Shown here one piece after another: positions 51,280 through 64,000 of a DNA stretch of 64,000 nt. Below the pieces are notes generated by a model. The model was given only the letters and a program-made list of their open reading frames with translations. It did no database searches and was not told the origin of the DNA. The DNA lies in the NCBI RefSeq assembly GCF_009914755.1, contig NC_060927.1; one strand, written 5' to 3'. The position numbers and the translations under genes were made by a program. Position 1 is the first letter of the stretch, and each line of letters starts with the position of its first letter. This DNA comes from the human T2T-CHM13v2.0 reference genome, Homo sapiens.

Positions 51280-54018
51280 ATCCTTGATCTGATCATTCCA
51301 ATATTTCTGCTATATCTGACTCTGATGCTTGTTCAGTCTCTGCAAACTACGTTTTTACCTGTTAGTGTATCTTGTAATTTTTTGTTGAAAGGTGGGCACA
51401 ATGTACTGTGTAAGAGGCACTTTGGTAACCCCTTAGTAACCCAGTGGTGAGGTATGGAGTTGGGGTGGGGGTGTCTTCTATAGTCCTGTGATTAGGTCTC
51501 AGTCCTTTATGGGCTTCTGCCCCTGGACTGTGAGCTTCATTACGCTTCTTTGATTTTTTCTCCACTTAGGAGGGACGGGATGGCTAGAGAAGGCTAGGGT
51601 AGGGTGTTTCCCTTCCCCCAGATGTGCTAGGCTCTGATGAAGCCCAAAGAGATTTGGCTCTGGTAAAAGAGAGTCTAATGTATTAGACTCAATTTCCTCC
51701 AGAGAGAATGCTTTGTTAAGAAGAACAGAATGCTGTGGTGTATTTTTAAATGATTTATTCCCCCCTCCTCGTGTTAGATGCAAAAGGGGATTTTTCTTCA
51801 ATATTCCCTGTGAGGATCTGATGGAGTATCTGGAGGCAAAACTCACAAAAGTGTGAGGGTCACCCATATGAATGGGTCTTCTCAGAACTGTCCACACTCA
51901 GCCTCCAGAAATTTGTCAATTACAGCTTAGGTTTTCCTACCCCGGTACTGGTTTCTGCAAATGTTTCTATTCGTGCATTTCTGCTCCAGGAAGTTGTGAT
52001 TCTCTCTATCTGCCTGTTTCTCCAGTTTTGGGGGCAGCAATTTGCTCTGTAACCTCACTTCCCTGACAGATATAAGAGTTGTTGATTTTTCAGTTTGTTC
52101 AGCTTTTTACATGCTAGAATGGGGTGGAAACTTTTAAGCACCTTACGTGCTGGACTGGAAACCAGAAGTCTCCCTGAGTAGCTTTTTGAGCTCCTTGATA
52201 GATTATTTCTAAGCTATGTCTGAAACCCTCCTCCAGGCCCTTCACAGGGAAGCTTCCTGGGTGCTCAGTCCATTCCTCCCTAGCTCTTCATTGTTTGGCC
52301 TTAAAACTCAGAGTGGTGAGAGGTTTTGTTTAACCTTTGTCTGATGTTTCCCTGATTATTTTCTCTGAGACTGCATTCATGCCAGAAACTGCGTATCTGA
52401 TGGGTGAAGACTCACTGCAGTTGGAAGAGCCCTTTTGAACAGCAGTGATCGTTACTTTTGAATCTCATTGCCAAGAGAAAATCTTTGAGACAGTGTGGGG
52501 ACTGGCACAAAGGCCTGGGAGTCCAGGCTAGATGGGGTGGTTGTGAGCTGGAGGACCAAAGGTCTTCTGAGATCTTTGGACAACTGAGACTGAACCCACC
52601 AAATTCCCAGCTGCTTCTTCAACCACTGTCGTTTTAGGTGTTGAATTTCAGTCAGTGTCAGAGACTATACCGCCTTCTGGGTTTCCAGAGAAAGATAATC
52701 CACAGCCCTAATCTGAGATGGATAAGATCATGAAATATAGGAGAAAACTGAAAAAAATGAATCAACCTTTTTATGAAAAGAAATTAGATTATGTGTCCCG
52801 TCAGCTCTTCATGGCCAAGTTCTCCAAGCTGACCTTTGAATGTTCCCATTTGCTTCTATGCATTGATGCTGAAAGGCTAGAGTGAAAGGCTAGCATCCGT
52901 CTCACTCCTTTTATTAGACAAGCTGCAAACATTTATAATGCATGGATAACATGACATTCTACATTCAATTAACAGAGAGTTGTGGATTTTTTCGTGTTAT
53001 TCACTTTTAAAGTGATAAACATATTTTGTATGTTTTCTTCACTGAAAAACGGAAAGAAAAGTTTTTCGTACTGTATCCTCAATTGGTATTTCAGTTTGTA
53101 ATCCTCAGATGAAGACAGCATGGAGTTTTAGACCTCCATTTGCTTGATGTTCCATGGGTGAAGATTCTGTTCCCTGAGGATGGGTGAGGTTCTATCATCA
53201 GATCAGAGGCTTAGAACCACTTTCCACAAAGGCCCTAACCCAGAGGAAAGGCTTGACTCAGACGTCTGTGACAGGAAGATAGCATGAATGTTGTTCTCTT
53301 GCAGGGATCCTGACCTCCCATAACAATTCAGTTCTTGACCACTGAATCCCTGTGTTTGGGATGATATATTTTTTTTTCCTATTTCCTGTCTTAATTATGT
53401 CTCTTTGAACTAAAATAATTAATTTAGAAAAGTGGGAAGAGGAACAGGAAAACAAAAGTGACCTCAGTTGGGGCTGGGCTTGGCTCCCTTACCTGATTGA
53501 TGGGTCCTTTAATCTGAATACTGGTAGCAACTGGCTCCTCCATAGAAAGAAAGATAAAGGGAGGAGTCCAAACCCCTGAAGAAGTTCCATGATGGAATTG
53601 ATGCCTCATGGCTCCGTCAAGGAGATGGTTGTCCCTCATCTGAAGGCTGAAGCTAACTGCTGCCTTAGGCAATGGACACTGAGATGTCTTTTGTGTTCTA
53701 AAGGGTTCCAAGGTCACATCAGAGAGCAATGGAGTAGTCATAAAGGGTTCCCAAGGGCAGGGCAGGGGAATCCACAGCCCTACCCCTACCATCCACCCTC
53801 CTAAGACTCTAGATTCCTCTCCCCTTCTCTGGGCCTTCCTATTTGCCAGCCCTGTCCTCTCCTCACATCACATCTATACCTCAGTGTAATTCTATGTATT
53901 TTCCCTACAACCCAGACAACCTAGAAAGCCCTTTACCCTTGGAGATCTGGCTTGGACCCCACCAATTCCACAGTCTTTGACAGTCTGGAGTTTTCCTAGG
54001 AATTTTACTAATTCCTAG

Positions 54019-54350
<332 letters not shown>

Positions 54351-54676
54351 TTTTGTTGTTTTTATTTTTACAAATTTATAGGGTACATGAGAAATTTTTT
54401 TACTTGTATACACTATGTAGTGATTAAGTCAGGATATTTAGGGTGTCCATTACCTGAGTATAATACATTTTTGTTAAGTGTATTCACTCTACTGTGCTAT
54501 TAAACATTGAATTTATTCCTTCTATCTTACTGTATGTTTGTACCCTTTCGCCCACTTCTCTTCATCCTCCCCCTTTCCTCTACCCCTACTCACCCTTCCC
54601 AGTCTCTGTTATCTATCTTTCCACTCTGTACCTGCATGTGGCCAAATGTTTAGCTCTCACGTATAAGTGAGAACAT
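54351..54676 (-). mobile_element. L1MA-type 3' end
   Basis: 'tagggtacatgag...actctactgtgctattaaacattgaatttattccttctatct...tagctctcacgtataagtgagaacat'. Confidence 0.85.
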
Positions 54677-55127
54677 TCAGCATACAACTTGATGAATTTT
54701 CACAAGTGGAATACACCTGTGAGACTAGCACCCAGATCAGGAAACAGTGTATTCCCAGCACCTTGCATGCCTCCCTGGTCTCTACCCCCACACTCTCCCC
54801 ACATACACTCCAAGGGTCACAATGTGGCCATCCTCTAATGGCAGGGATTATTGTTGCCAAGTAAAGTTTGTAGCCCTTCATGTGTATTAACTCACTGAAT
54901 CCTCACCATGACCCAGAGATGGTTCCGTAACTGACCTATTTTACAGGGAAGGAAAGTGAGGAACACATGGGGTGAGCTGCCGCCGAGACCCCACTGCTAG
55001 TAATTAGCAAGCTGTGGTTCAATGCAGCCATCTGGCTGCCCCAGTGGTTCACAGTCTTGAACCACTAAACTGCTGCAAAAATATCATGGTGGCTGGAGAA
55101 ACAGTGTGAGTCAAACAAAACTAGATT

Positions 55128-55421
55128 ATGTGGTGGCTCATGCCTGTAATCCCAGCATGTTTGGAGGCTGAGGCAGGTGGCTGAGCCCAGGAGTTTGAGA
55201 CCAGCCTGGACAACATGGTGAAACCTTGTTTCTACAAAAAATACAAAAATTAGTCAGGTGTGGTGGTGCACACCTGTAGTTCCAGCTACTCAGGAGGCTG
55301 AGTTGGGAGGATCGTTTGAGCCTGGGAGGTAGAGGCTGCAGTGGGCCATGATTGTGCTGCTGCACTCCAGCCTGGGTGAAACAGTGAGACCCTGTCTCAA
55401 AACAAAAACCAAAAAATAAAT
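55128..55421 (+). mobile_element. AluJb-like with TSD
   Basis: 'gtggctcatgcctgtaatcccagc...gagcccaggagtttgagacc...gaggctgcagtg'; TSD aaaactagatt (55117-55127) / aaaaccagatt (55422-55432). Confidence 0.94.
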
Positions 55422-56059
55422 AAAACCAGATTCTGGGAGAAGGGCCACTCATTTCCACATGGCTCTTTGCAGGTGGCTTTGCTTGTGCTTGTGCTGTTTT
55501 CATCTTCCCACTTGCTGCTCAGGACCTGTTGAGGGAACTTAGGGATGGGGGTTGATGCCGGGGCAGTGACTGGCCCAAGGGCTACACCTGGAAGCGTGGG
55601 ATCAGGTTTGAGCCCAAACCCAACCAAGGGACATGTTAGTCCTCTCATTTCACAGGGAGAAACTGAGGCGAGGAGGGATTGAATGGGCTACATTGCTCCT
55701 CTCTCAGTGGGCCTGGGAAGCACATGGCTTTGCTTATAGCTGAGACTAATTTGTCATAAGTCATCAATCACACCTGTGTCTGAATTGAATGTTCAGAGGC
55801 CACTGACCCCTCAGAGTCCTTGGTGGAGCATGGGACCTCAGCTGCACTTGTGCTGGAGACAGGAGGTTTGCCTGGGAGCCTGGCAGATGGATCCAGGAGG
55901 AAGAAGGAGAGTAAAAAGCTGCATCTATATACTCCTTTGCAAAGTAAAATGAAATAAAAAGGAATGCTTTTGAATGCTTCTCAGTGCTGAGTGTTTTCCG
56001 TGATCTTGCACGTGGACAGTGGGAGGAACCTAGATAGATTCGGTGAGAGAGAGCGGCAC

Positions 56060-56697
56060 TGGGTGTGCCCACAGACCCAACCGTGGGTCCTGTCTCAGTG
56101 CTCACTGCTTAGTGCTGTGTGACCCTGGCCACAGCATTTCCTCTCTGACCCTCAGAGGACTCCTCACATCACCTCCAGAGGCCTGGGGAGAGAGCACTTG
56201 GTGAACCTGCCCCGGGGGGAGTGGGCTTATAACAAGGGAGTGCCAAGTCTGAGTCCAGAAAGCAGAGCTGCCCTTGGTGGGATTTTCTGACATTTCTTGG
56301 TAGCAGCAGAAAACATTCCCCCAAAGCCTCCCTACATGGTCAGGGTCCCCACAGTCCTTTACTAAGATGGTCTCTCCATGCAGCCTCCCTCATACCCCCT
56401 GAGGTTTCCATTCCTTTCTGGAACTCTCTTCCCTGAGGGCTAAGGACAGGGAGTGACAGGTGAGTGCCCTGCCTGCTGGTCCACACTCTCAGACAAGTGT
56501 GGGATGTTATATAACCACATTGGCAGACAGAGTTCAGACCTTGAAACAGCTTGGCTCATGAGACCTGAAACACTTCCTGAAGTTCTTGGCACTCTCAGTG
56601 TACACTCTAGCTCTGCACTGTCCAACAGGGCAGCCAGAAGCCACATGTCACTATTTAAACTTAAGTCAAATGAAGTCAAGTACAATAAAAAGCTCAG
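56060..56697 (-). repeat. Copy B of the inverted local duplication (partner 12800-13410); includes a MIR piece and a truncated MER3
   Basis: Reverse complement is collinear with 12800-13410, including the same MER3 junction (tagctctgcactgtccaacagg vs cctgttggacagtacagagcta). Confidence 0.95.
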
Positions 56698-56699
56698 TG

Positions 56700-57180
56700 T
56701 CACTAACCTGTGTGACCTTGTCTCCTATCCTTCTAACCATCTTCTCCACCCTGGGCCCTTTTCCTCCTCACATCCCTCACTCTGGGTTCCTTTCTATGCA
56801 CAATCACACCAAGCACCTCCGCCTCCAGGGCCTTGGCACTTGCTCTTCATCCCCCTGGAAAGCTCTTGCTCCAGTTCGCCAACTGGCCATTTCATCCTCA
56901 TTACTTAAGTTCCCAGGGAAGCATCCCTTCGTTAGCGAGGCCTCCCCATGCCCTGAGCTGATGACCTTCTCCCAGCCACTTTCTGCCCAGCCTGTCACCT
57001 CCATTTGTATACTCCCCAGGACCTGGCACCAACTTATTTGCTTAGGTATTTAACGCCTGTGGCTCCCCACGAGAACATAAACCACTTAAAGGCAGAGGCA
57101 TGGTTTCCTCTCACCACCGAGGTCCATTTCCTGAGACAGCACCTGGGACAGGCTTGTCATTCTATAAATGTCTGTTGACT
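56700..57180 (+). mobile_element. L2 3' fragment
   Basis: 'cacaccaagcacctccgcctccagggccttggcacttgct...ccctggaaagctct...cagcacctgggaca...ataaatgtctgttga'. Confidence 0.75.
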
Positions 57181-57184
57181 GTCT

Positions 57185-57460
57185 CCAATTTCCCCCACTT
57201 CCACATTTGTGCTTCATGCTCACGATGCTTGCCTCTGTGTACTAGTATTTAACATTTTTCTCTAAATCGACCTACATTCTAACTTGAGTACTTACTTTAG
57301 CCTTACCCTAACAAGTGAAGTTGTGTGATTTATGTGCTAATATTTCCAAATGTGCATCAAAATAAATATACTATTATTTTCCTTTTTTTTTTTCAGTGTG
57401 CTACCTAAAAAAATCATCATGCTCATCTCAAGTGGACACACTTTTTTGGAAACATTGCTA
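57185..57460. mobile_element. hAT-Charlie fragment (MER113-like)
   Basis: 'tttttctctaaatcgac...cattaaaataaat-like...acacactttttggaaacattgcta'. Confidence 0.45.
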
Positions 57461-59539
57461 TACCCCAGCCGGCTCTTCTACTGCTGTTCCTCATGTTGCC
57501 AACTCACGGCATGACCACGGCTCCCCAGCCTCTCTTCCCCGATCTCACACTGTGGGTTTACAGAGCTAGAGTTCCAAGATCCTGAGATTTCAAACACATA
57601 ATTGGGAACAGTGGTACTGAGGCACCTGAGTGAATAGCTTGGCTCTTTTCCTGTGGAACACATGACTTTTTAGCAATTTGCCCTCTGTTGTGGCTATACG
57701 ACTCTTTGAAAGGGCCTAACCAACAGGCACAGCCCAAACCAACTCACTCACAACCACTGCCCATTTGCCAGTGACCTGTCAGGTGGGCCAGGAACATCAC
57801 TGATCACAGGCATTTTCTTCTAAATTGAGCAGCGAGCCTCAGATCCTCCTCCACAGGCTGTGGCAGAAACACGAGTTCTGGCCGACCTGATTTCTCAGAC
57901 ACCACTTCCAGCTTTAACTGAGTCAGATGAGGGAAAAAGGGGGAGGTGAAAAAAAAATTACCAGCCCCAGGCACCCTATCTCCACCTTCAGGTCTCCTGG
58001 GGAATCCGTCAGGGTTTCCCAGGCTCAGGTAGACCAGTTTGAGCATGTTTTAAGTCATACGTTCGGGATCACCAGCAGCTTCGACGCCTCCACAAACAGG
58101 CAGCATCACAATTTGGCTTGTTTTATTTTGCTTTTTCTCAGCGGCATCTCCTTGTTTTGTTTTTACTTCCTCATTCTAGATATGAAGCATGATTCATCAC
58201 TCTAAGCCCCTTCTTCTTCTTACTCCCTGAGTTTCCATGTCCTCTTGGGAATTCCACCCTCCCTTTCTTCCCTTTCCACTCACGACCAGCCTCCCCACAC
58301 ACTCCTTTCTCTCCACCTAGGAGACAACTTATTAGGGGAACTTAGGAAGCTCCTGCCTTGTTTCTCATGGTTACATCATCTGAAAGTCTTTTATTCCTTC
58401 AAGCTCACCTTATGGTCCCCCTCACTTCTAGGCTTTCTCATGTGGGATTCCCTGATCCTGGGTCATCCTTTCCCATCACTTTGTGTGGTTCACTCTCTTA
58501 ATCATCCTTCAAGTCTCCTCTGAAATGACACTTCCTCCTGAAGCCTTCCGAGGCCCTGCCCACCACAGATTAAATGCATCTCCTATCTGCTTTCATTGCA
58601 TCTTGTACTTTCTCTGTCAAAATCACAACACTACCTTGGCACCCTGTGCCAAGGATGGTGCTAGGGAGCCTCATCCTCCTTATAGTCATGTAGCCTACCC
58701 ACTAGATAATTATAGAGTCCAAATAAGAAGAGTGCTTTTGCTACACAACACATCACCACCACTTTAGAGAAGTCCCACAGCTCCTGCTGCAGTAAGCCCT
58801 GTAGCTGTCAGCCCTGCAAGGAGAAGCTGTGTCTGTCTTGCTCATCCCTGAATCCCCAGTGCTCAGCATAGGGCCAGAATGTGGTAAATCTTCAATAAAT
58901 ATTTATTGACTCAGTGACTAGATGAATTAATTTCCTTAGAGTAACTGATGCTGGCTAGAATTTTGAGGATCTACTGAATATCAGAGAGACAACAAAAGGG
59001 AAAGAATGAATGTACCAGAAGCCCCCACATGGTTTTAAGTAGAGCAGCTTCTAACACAACCAGTTCACTCCCAAGGTCAAGGTTTCCATGGTCTGCTCCA
59101 CATTTCCTTGCTCACTGAGATATCATGGAGGGAGGGATTTGGGGATGGAAGTAGGGGGCAGGGGAGGGAAAAGAGAAAGAAGGGAAGAATGACAGAGGGG
59201 CACTCCCACACCACTACCCCTCCAGGGTCTACCTGTCCCTTCTATTTACCATCATTGGAAGACTGAGATGAAAATAGTGTGATGGTTTTAGAAAGCTTCT
59301 TTCTTGATATCTGCCCCAGATACTTTCAAGCAAAGACCTGTTTCAGAAGAGCAGGTCCAGTGGAAGAATAATGTAATGGAAATGTATAATGTAGTTTAAA
59401 AGAGAGAAAATTTGAAAATAGCATCATAAAAGCAAGATTTCTTCCTCTTTCCAAACACATTTTAGAAAATCTAAATAACAGAAATGAAAAAATATATATC
59501 ATATATGGAATATAACTAAATTGGTATACAGAGGAAACT

Positions 59540-60305
59540 TCTTCCCTTAAATATGTGTTTCAATAAAAAAGGAGAGCATTAAAATAAATGAATTAAGCAT
59601 CTAACTCAGTAAGTTAGAAAAATAGCAACAAAATAAACCTAAGAAAAGTAGAAGGAATGAATACCATGAAAGGAGAAATAATGAATTACAAAACAGAATA
59701 ATAAAACAAATTACATACCCAGGTTTGGATTCTTTGGCAAAACCATGAACCAGATAAAGCATTTGCTATCTTAATCCAGAAAAATGTGGAAGAGTACAAA
59801 AGCACAAAATTTAAAAAAATGTTAAAGTGAAAATAAAACAGATATAGAGGAAATTAAAAGAATCACAAGGGATTACTTTGCTCAACTCTATGTAAATATA
59901 TCTGAACACTTAGATGAAATGGATAATGTTCTAGGAAAACATACTTTACAAAAATTGACTTAAGAAAAGTTAGAGAATTTTAATAAGCCAAGTACTACAA
60001 AGAAATGGAGAAGTTGTCAAAGAGTTGCCCTTCAAAAAGCACCAGGCCCACATGGTTTCAAGAGAAATTATTCCAAACCTTTTAAGAAGAAATTATTTCA
60101 GTGTTATTTAAACTGTTTCAAGGCATTTAAAAAAGGAGAAAAACTTCCAAATGCTTTTCATGAAGCAAGCATAATATTCATATCAATCCCCACAAAGTTG
60201 CACAAAAAAGAAAGTCATGGTTCAATCTCACTTATACTGAAACAAAAAACCCTAAATACAACAAATTCAAGAGCACATTAGTAGAAAATATATCTTAACC
60301 TAGTT
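59540..60305 (+). mobile_element. Old L1M ORF2 fragment
   Basis: A-rich L1 motifs 'caactctatg...cttagatgaaatggataatgttctagg' and 'aagcaccaggcccacatggtttca' (PGPDGF region). Confidence 0.8.
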
Positions 60306-62658
60306 GAGTTTAGTCCAACAATATACTAACAATTTAATAACAACAACTTATGAAGGTTTAATAATAGAACATCTTTTTTGTTGTTGTTTTAAAAAAAACA
60401 AGAAGTTACAAAAAAGTGGCAACTTCATTAAATTTTCTAACATATTTTATTGTGTAGTAGTTTTATTTGAGATACGTACTAGGGTGACATCTTAACAGTC
60501 TCAGTGTTTAAGGCCTCTAAACATCTTGACCAGGTCTTGATTGCTGCAAGAAGTTGGGTAGCACTGCAGACTGGCTCTGTTGTATGGGAATCCTGGAGTC
60601 TGCTGATTGACACACTTTTAACACAAGTGGACCTGGAGGCTGAGTATGAGAGAGAGAAAGGCAGCTGGCTAAGGTCCCCAGTGTTAATACAGACCCCGCC
60701 CTAACAGGGGATAGACAGCCACAGCATTCCCCTACCCAGCTGAGGTCTGTAGTACTCTTGGGGTTTGGACTTGTCAAGGAGCTCAAAGAAAAATCCTCTG
60801 GCTCTTGTGGTGGGGAGGTTGGAAAAGGGGAATCCTGCAGGGACTGGCATTTGCACTGTAGCCAAGGTGGCAGCTAATTTCTTTTTCTTTTCTTTCTTTT
60901 TTTAAAATAGCAAATCCACCTTAGTCAAGGCACTCACTAACCATTGCTCCCTGGAGGCTGGAAGACAGAGCTAATTTTTAGGACATTTAAAATCATAACA
61001 TTTTTAGATGCAGTCAAAGAGTGAAATCGACCTTGAGGTTGAGGGGAGAAGTTTAACATTATTGGGGATGAGCATGGAAGTGAATCATGCTAGCCACCAT
61101 GGTTCAGTGATGGCCTAGAAGAGAATCAATGAGAGCTGCACAATTTGGAATGTTTTCAGCCTGACATACTTACTGGTGTATGTGATAGAGATTAGTGTAC
61201 ATTGACAGAGAGACAGAGACAAAAAAAGGGGTGGGGAGGAGATGGGGAGGGCAAAGGGGAGAGGGAGAAACAGGGTGGGGAGAGAGGGAGAAAGACTCAT
61301 TTTATCTTTTAAGTAAAGCGTAATTATGGATCAATATTCCATACTGAACCTGCTGGTACTGGTTTCTGGTTTGCAGCAATAGCTGCCATGTACTGAGATT
61401 GCTTCCTTGGAGGAATGCAGGAAGCTGCCTCACACCATGCCAGGTTGACTGGGCTTGTTCCTGGGCACCCCCTTGCTAGGCCACATGTGCTAAGTCATTA
61501 CTCACAAAAGGGCTGGACTGAGAGAACATAGGCAGACTTTTTTTTTTGGTATACATTATATCACAGAACCTTGGACAACTGGACCCTGTCCTTAATTAGA
61601 TCTTCAACACATCCACCCATATGCTAGTGCTTTGAGGACAAGCTTCTACCTATAAGCAATGGATTCATTAAGCTAAGAAAAGATAGAAAGTGAGGTCTGG
61701 GAGAGCCTGTTTTTTGGAAAGTCTCTGCTTTCATGTCAGCTATGTGGGAATCCAGCTCTGAGACACAGCACTGAAAGCCAGAGAAGCAGAGGAAAGCTTG
61801 CGCTTACTGGCCCTAACCTCTCCCCTAGCCTAGAATCCTCCCTGCCACATCTCTGAGGGTTGGTAGCCAGCTTCTCTTTAATCTATTTGAGGGACAGGGA
61901 GCTTACAGCAAAACTAAGCCTTTTTTTTCTTAAATAAGAGAGCCTCTCTTGGTGCAACTTGGCCTACTTCCTCATTTTACAAACCTGTCAGTTTCATAAT
62001 TGAAAAATGACATCTCATCATTGTTTTGTTTTCTGTATCTTTGATACAGAAAAGTTGAATGTATTTTTTCATATGCTTATATTGGTCATTTATATTCATC
62101 CTTCTGTGATTTAACACTACATTTCCTTTGCTCATGTTTTTCCTATTGGTGTGATGTTTTCAAGATTAATTTAAAAGAGTTTAACATGACTTAAATTATA
62201 ACCTTTGTTTGTTACATTTATTTTCATATTTCTTTCCTGGTTTATAATTTTCCTTTTGTTATTGTTTTGTTATGTGTGAGAGAAAAAGAGAGCTGGTTAA
62301 GGTCCTTGGTGTCTATACAGACCCTGCCTCCAACAAGGGATAGATAAACAATAAAATATGTTACAAAACTTAGAGTAGATATTTTAAATTTTATGTAGTT
62401 AAACCTTTCTACATGAGATCTTTTGTTATATTTATTCACAGAAACTCCTTCTCATCCTGAAATAACTTAAATATCATTTTTTAACATTTAGATGTTTATG
62501 TCCTTTTAAAAATATTTAGTGTATATTTCACACATCTTAATTTTTATTTATTGTGAAGTCTAGATTAGATATAACTTTTTATCGCCTTCAAAAACAGCCA
62601 TTTTCCTCAACACCATTTGTTCAGTAACCCATCTCCTCCCCTTAGTTTGTGATACATA

Positions 62659-63359
62659 TGTTAGAGTAGGTAGCGAAGCAGACATGAGCAGGGCAGGAGA
62701 GGGCCTCCCCACTATCCAAAGAATGTCAGGCAACCGTCAGGTGATGGTCAGGTAGTTGTTAAACTAGCTCTCTAAAATAATAATTGGCCACAGCTGGCGC
62801 CAGGGAACGGCGGTCTCCCAATAGATAGAAAACACCTGAAACTGGTGATAAGCAGCTTCCCAGTAAGATTTCAGGAGCTGGGCAAGTGGGCTCAAGCATG
62901 CGCACTAAGAGGCAAAATGGCGGAGTTTAACTGGTGTATGACCTTCTTCTGGAAACGCTAAGCTGGTAAGGGAAAAAAACACCTCAAATGGGCATGCACT
63001 CAACTTTAGTAAACATACTGCACATGCGGCTCATCCCAAGTGCTGTCAGGCCACTGTGCATGTGGCCAGCCCACCCCCAGGGAAGAATCAGGGGAGAAGA
63101 AACGCAAACCCTGGAATCATGCCAATGATTCCCCAAATCGAGGGCTAGATGGAGCTCTTGGATCTCTCAGGTCAACCACTTGGCTCTCTTCCAAATGTAC
63201 CTGACTTTCTTTCATTCCTGCTCTAAAACTTTTAATACACTTTCAGTCCTACTCTAAAACTTGCCTCAGTCTCTCACTCTGCCTTATGCCCCTCAGACAA
63301 ATTCTCTGGAGGCAAGAATTGACTTGGTGCGCACCTGTATGAATCCACCCCTCTTAACA
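62659..63359 (+). mobile_element. MER50 (ERV1) solo LTR
   Basis: Starts tgttagagtaggtag...gcagacatgagcagggcaggagagggcc, ends ...ttaaca; 4-bp TSD cata/tata. Confidence 0.88.
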
Positions 63360-64000
63360 TATATGATAGGCAAAATTCCCAAAGTCACTAAGGCCCGGTT
63401 TTCTGAAACAGCTTTAATCGTTATGCATTTCTTTCTGGTGTTGAATGGAAATCTGTCACCTTTTACCTTTTACTTCTTGAAGCTTCTGCTCCTGTGGCTC
63501 CAAAATATGAGGACCCTCATGACATTATTCTGTGAATGTGTGTAGGGGGCTCTGTGGACAGATGTGTCGCCAACAAGGCAACTTACTACAGATTGCACTT
63601 TGCTCTGTTTTCTTTAGTGAGAGGACGTTATCTTCTATGTCACATGTCACAGTTTCTAGCTTCATTAGAAACCACTTTGATGCCCCTGGGGGTAGCTTTC
63701 CCCAAAGGCTATGTGTAGGGAAAGTAGCCTCAGTTGTTAAGGGAGAAGCATGTTTTCAAGATGTATTACATTTTAAAGGTCTGAAAATAAGGCAGCCTTA
63801 CCTATGGGCAGCCAGAGAGGTGGCGGAGATGGAGAAGTGGAGACAGTGGTTCGCAGTCTGCATGAGGGCCTGGAACCAGACCTGCCTGGGCACTAATGGG
63901 GCCAGCTTGTGGCCTGTTTCCACCCTGGGGAAGAGACTGGAGGTGTGCGTGTGGACTAAAAGAGAGTTACTACCTTGGTGCCCAAGCTTGCAAGCCTCTA

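Larger units (their letters stand above)
45040..52150 (-). mobile_element. Long (~7 kb) L1MC-type element spanning 5' region, ORF1, ORF2 and 3'UTR, with nested insertions
   Basis: ORF1 remnant 50391-50669 (IQKAQRTP..TTPRYIIFKLQKIKDKE), EN remnants 48686-49501 (VGDFSTPL; FSDHNGIKLEIN), RT 'FTDDIIIYVENP' at 46957-47142, L1MC 3'UTR at 45040-45600. Confidence 0.9.

Overview
Primate (human-like) non-coding DNA, CpG-poor and dominated by interspersed repeats: seven Alus, L1PA/PB/MA/MC/MD/ME fragments, L2, MIR, MaLR/ERVL/ERV1 LTRs and hAT/Tigger DNA transposons. Repeat subfamilies were assigned by eye from remembered consensus sequences, not RepeatMasker. I see no convincing protein-coding exon, RNA gene or CpG island. 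The only gene-derived sequence is a full-length HMGN2 processed pseudogene on the minus strand (41286-42480), with TSDs, a polyA signal and an uninterrupted 90-codon frame whose ATG has become GTG. Three structures are not explained by repeat annotation. (1) An old ~620-bp inverted duplication (about 12800-13410 vs 56060-56697, 43 kb apart) whose unique core keeps 44-, 27-, 23- and 21-bp identical blocks while its TE-derived flanks have decayed, as expected for a pair of constrained twin enhancers. (2) A 93-nt near-perfect hairpin (32532-32624) with a degenerate third arm, resembling a template-switch-born pre-miRNA-like structure. (3) An L1PB insertion that seems to have deleted host DNA and may carry a 3' transduction. 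The locus could not be identified from sequence alone.
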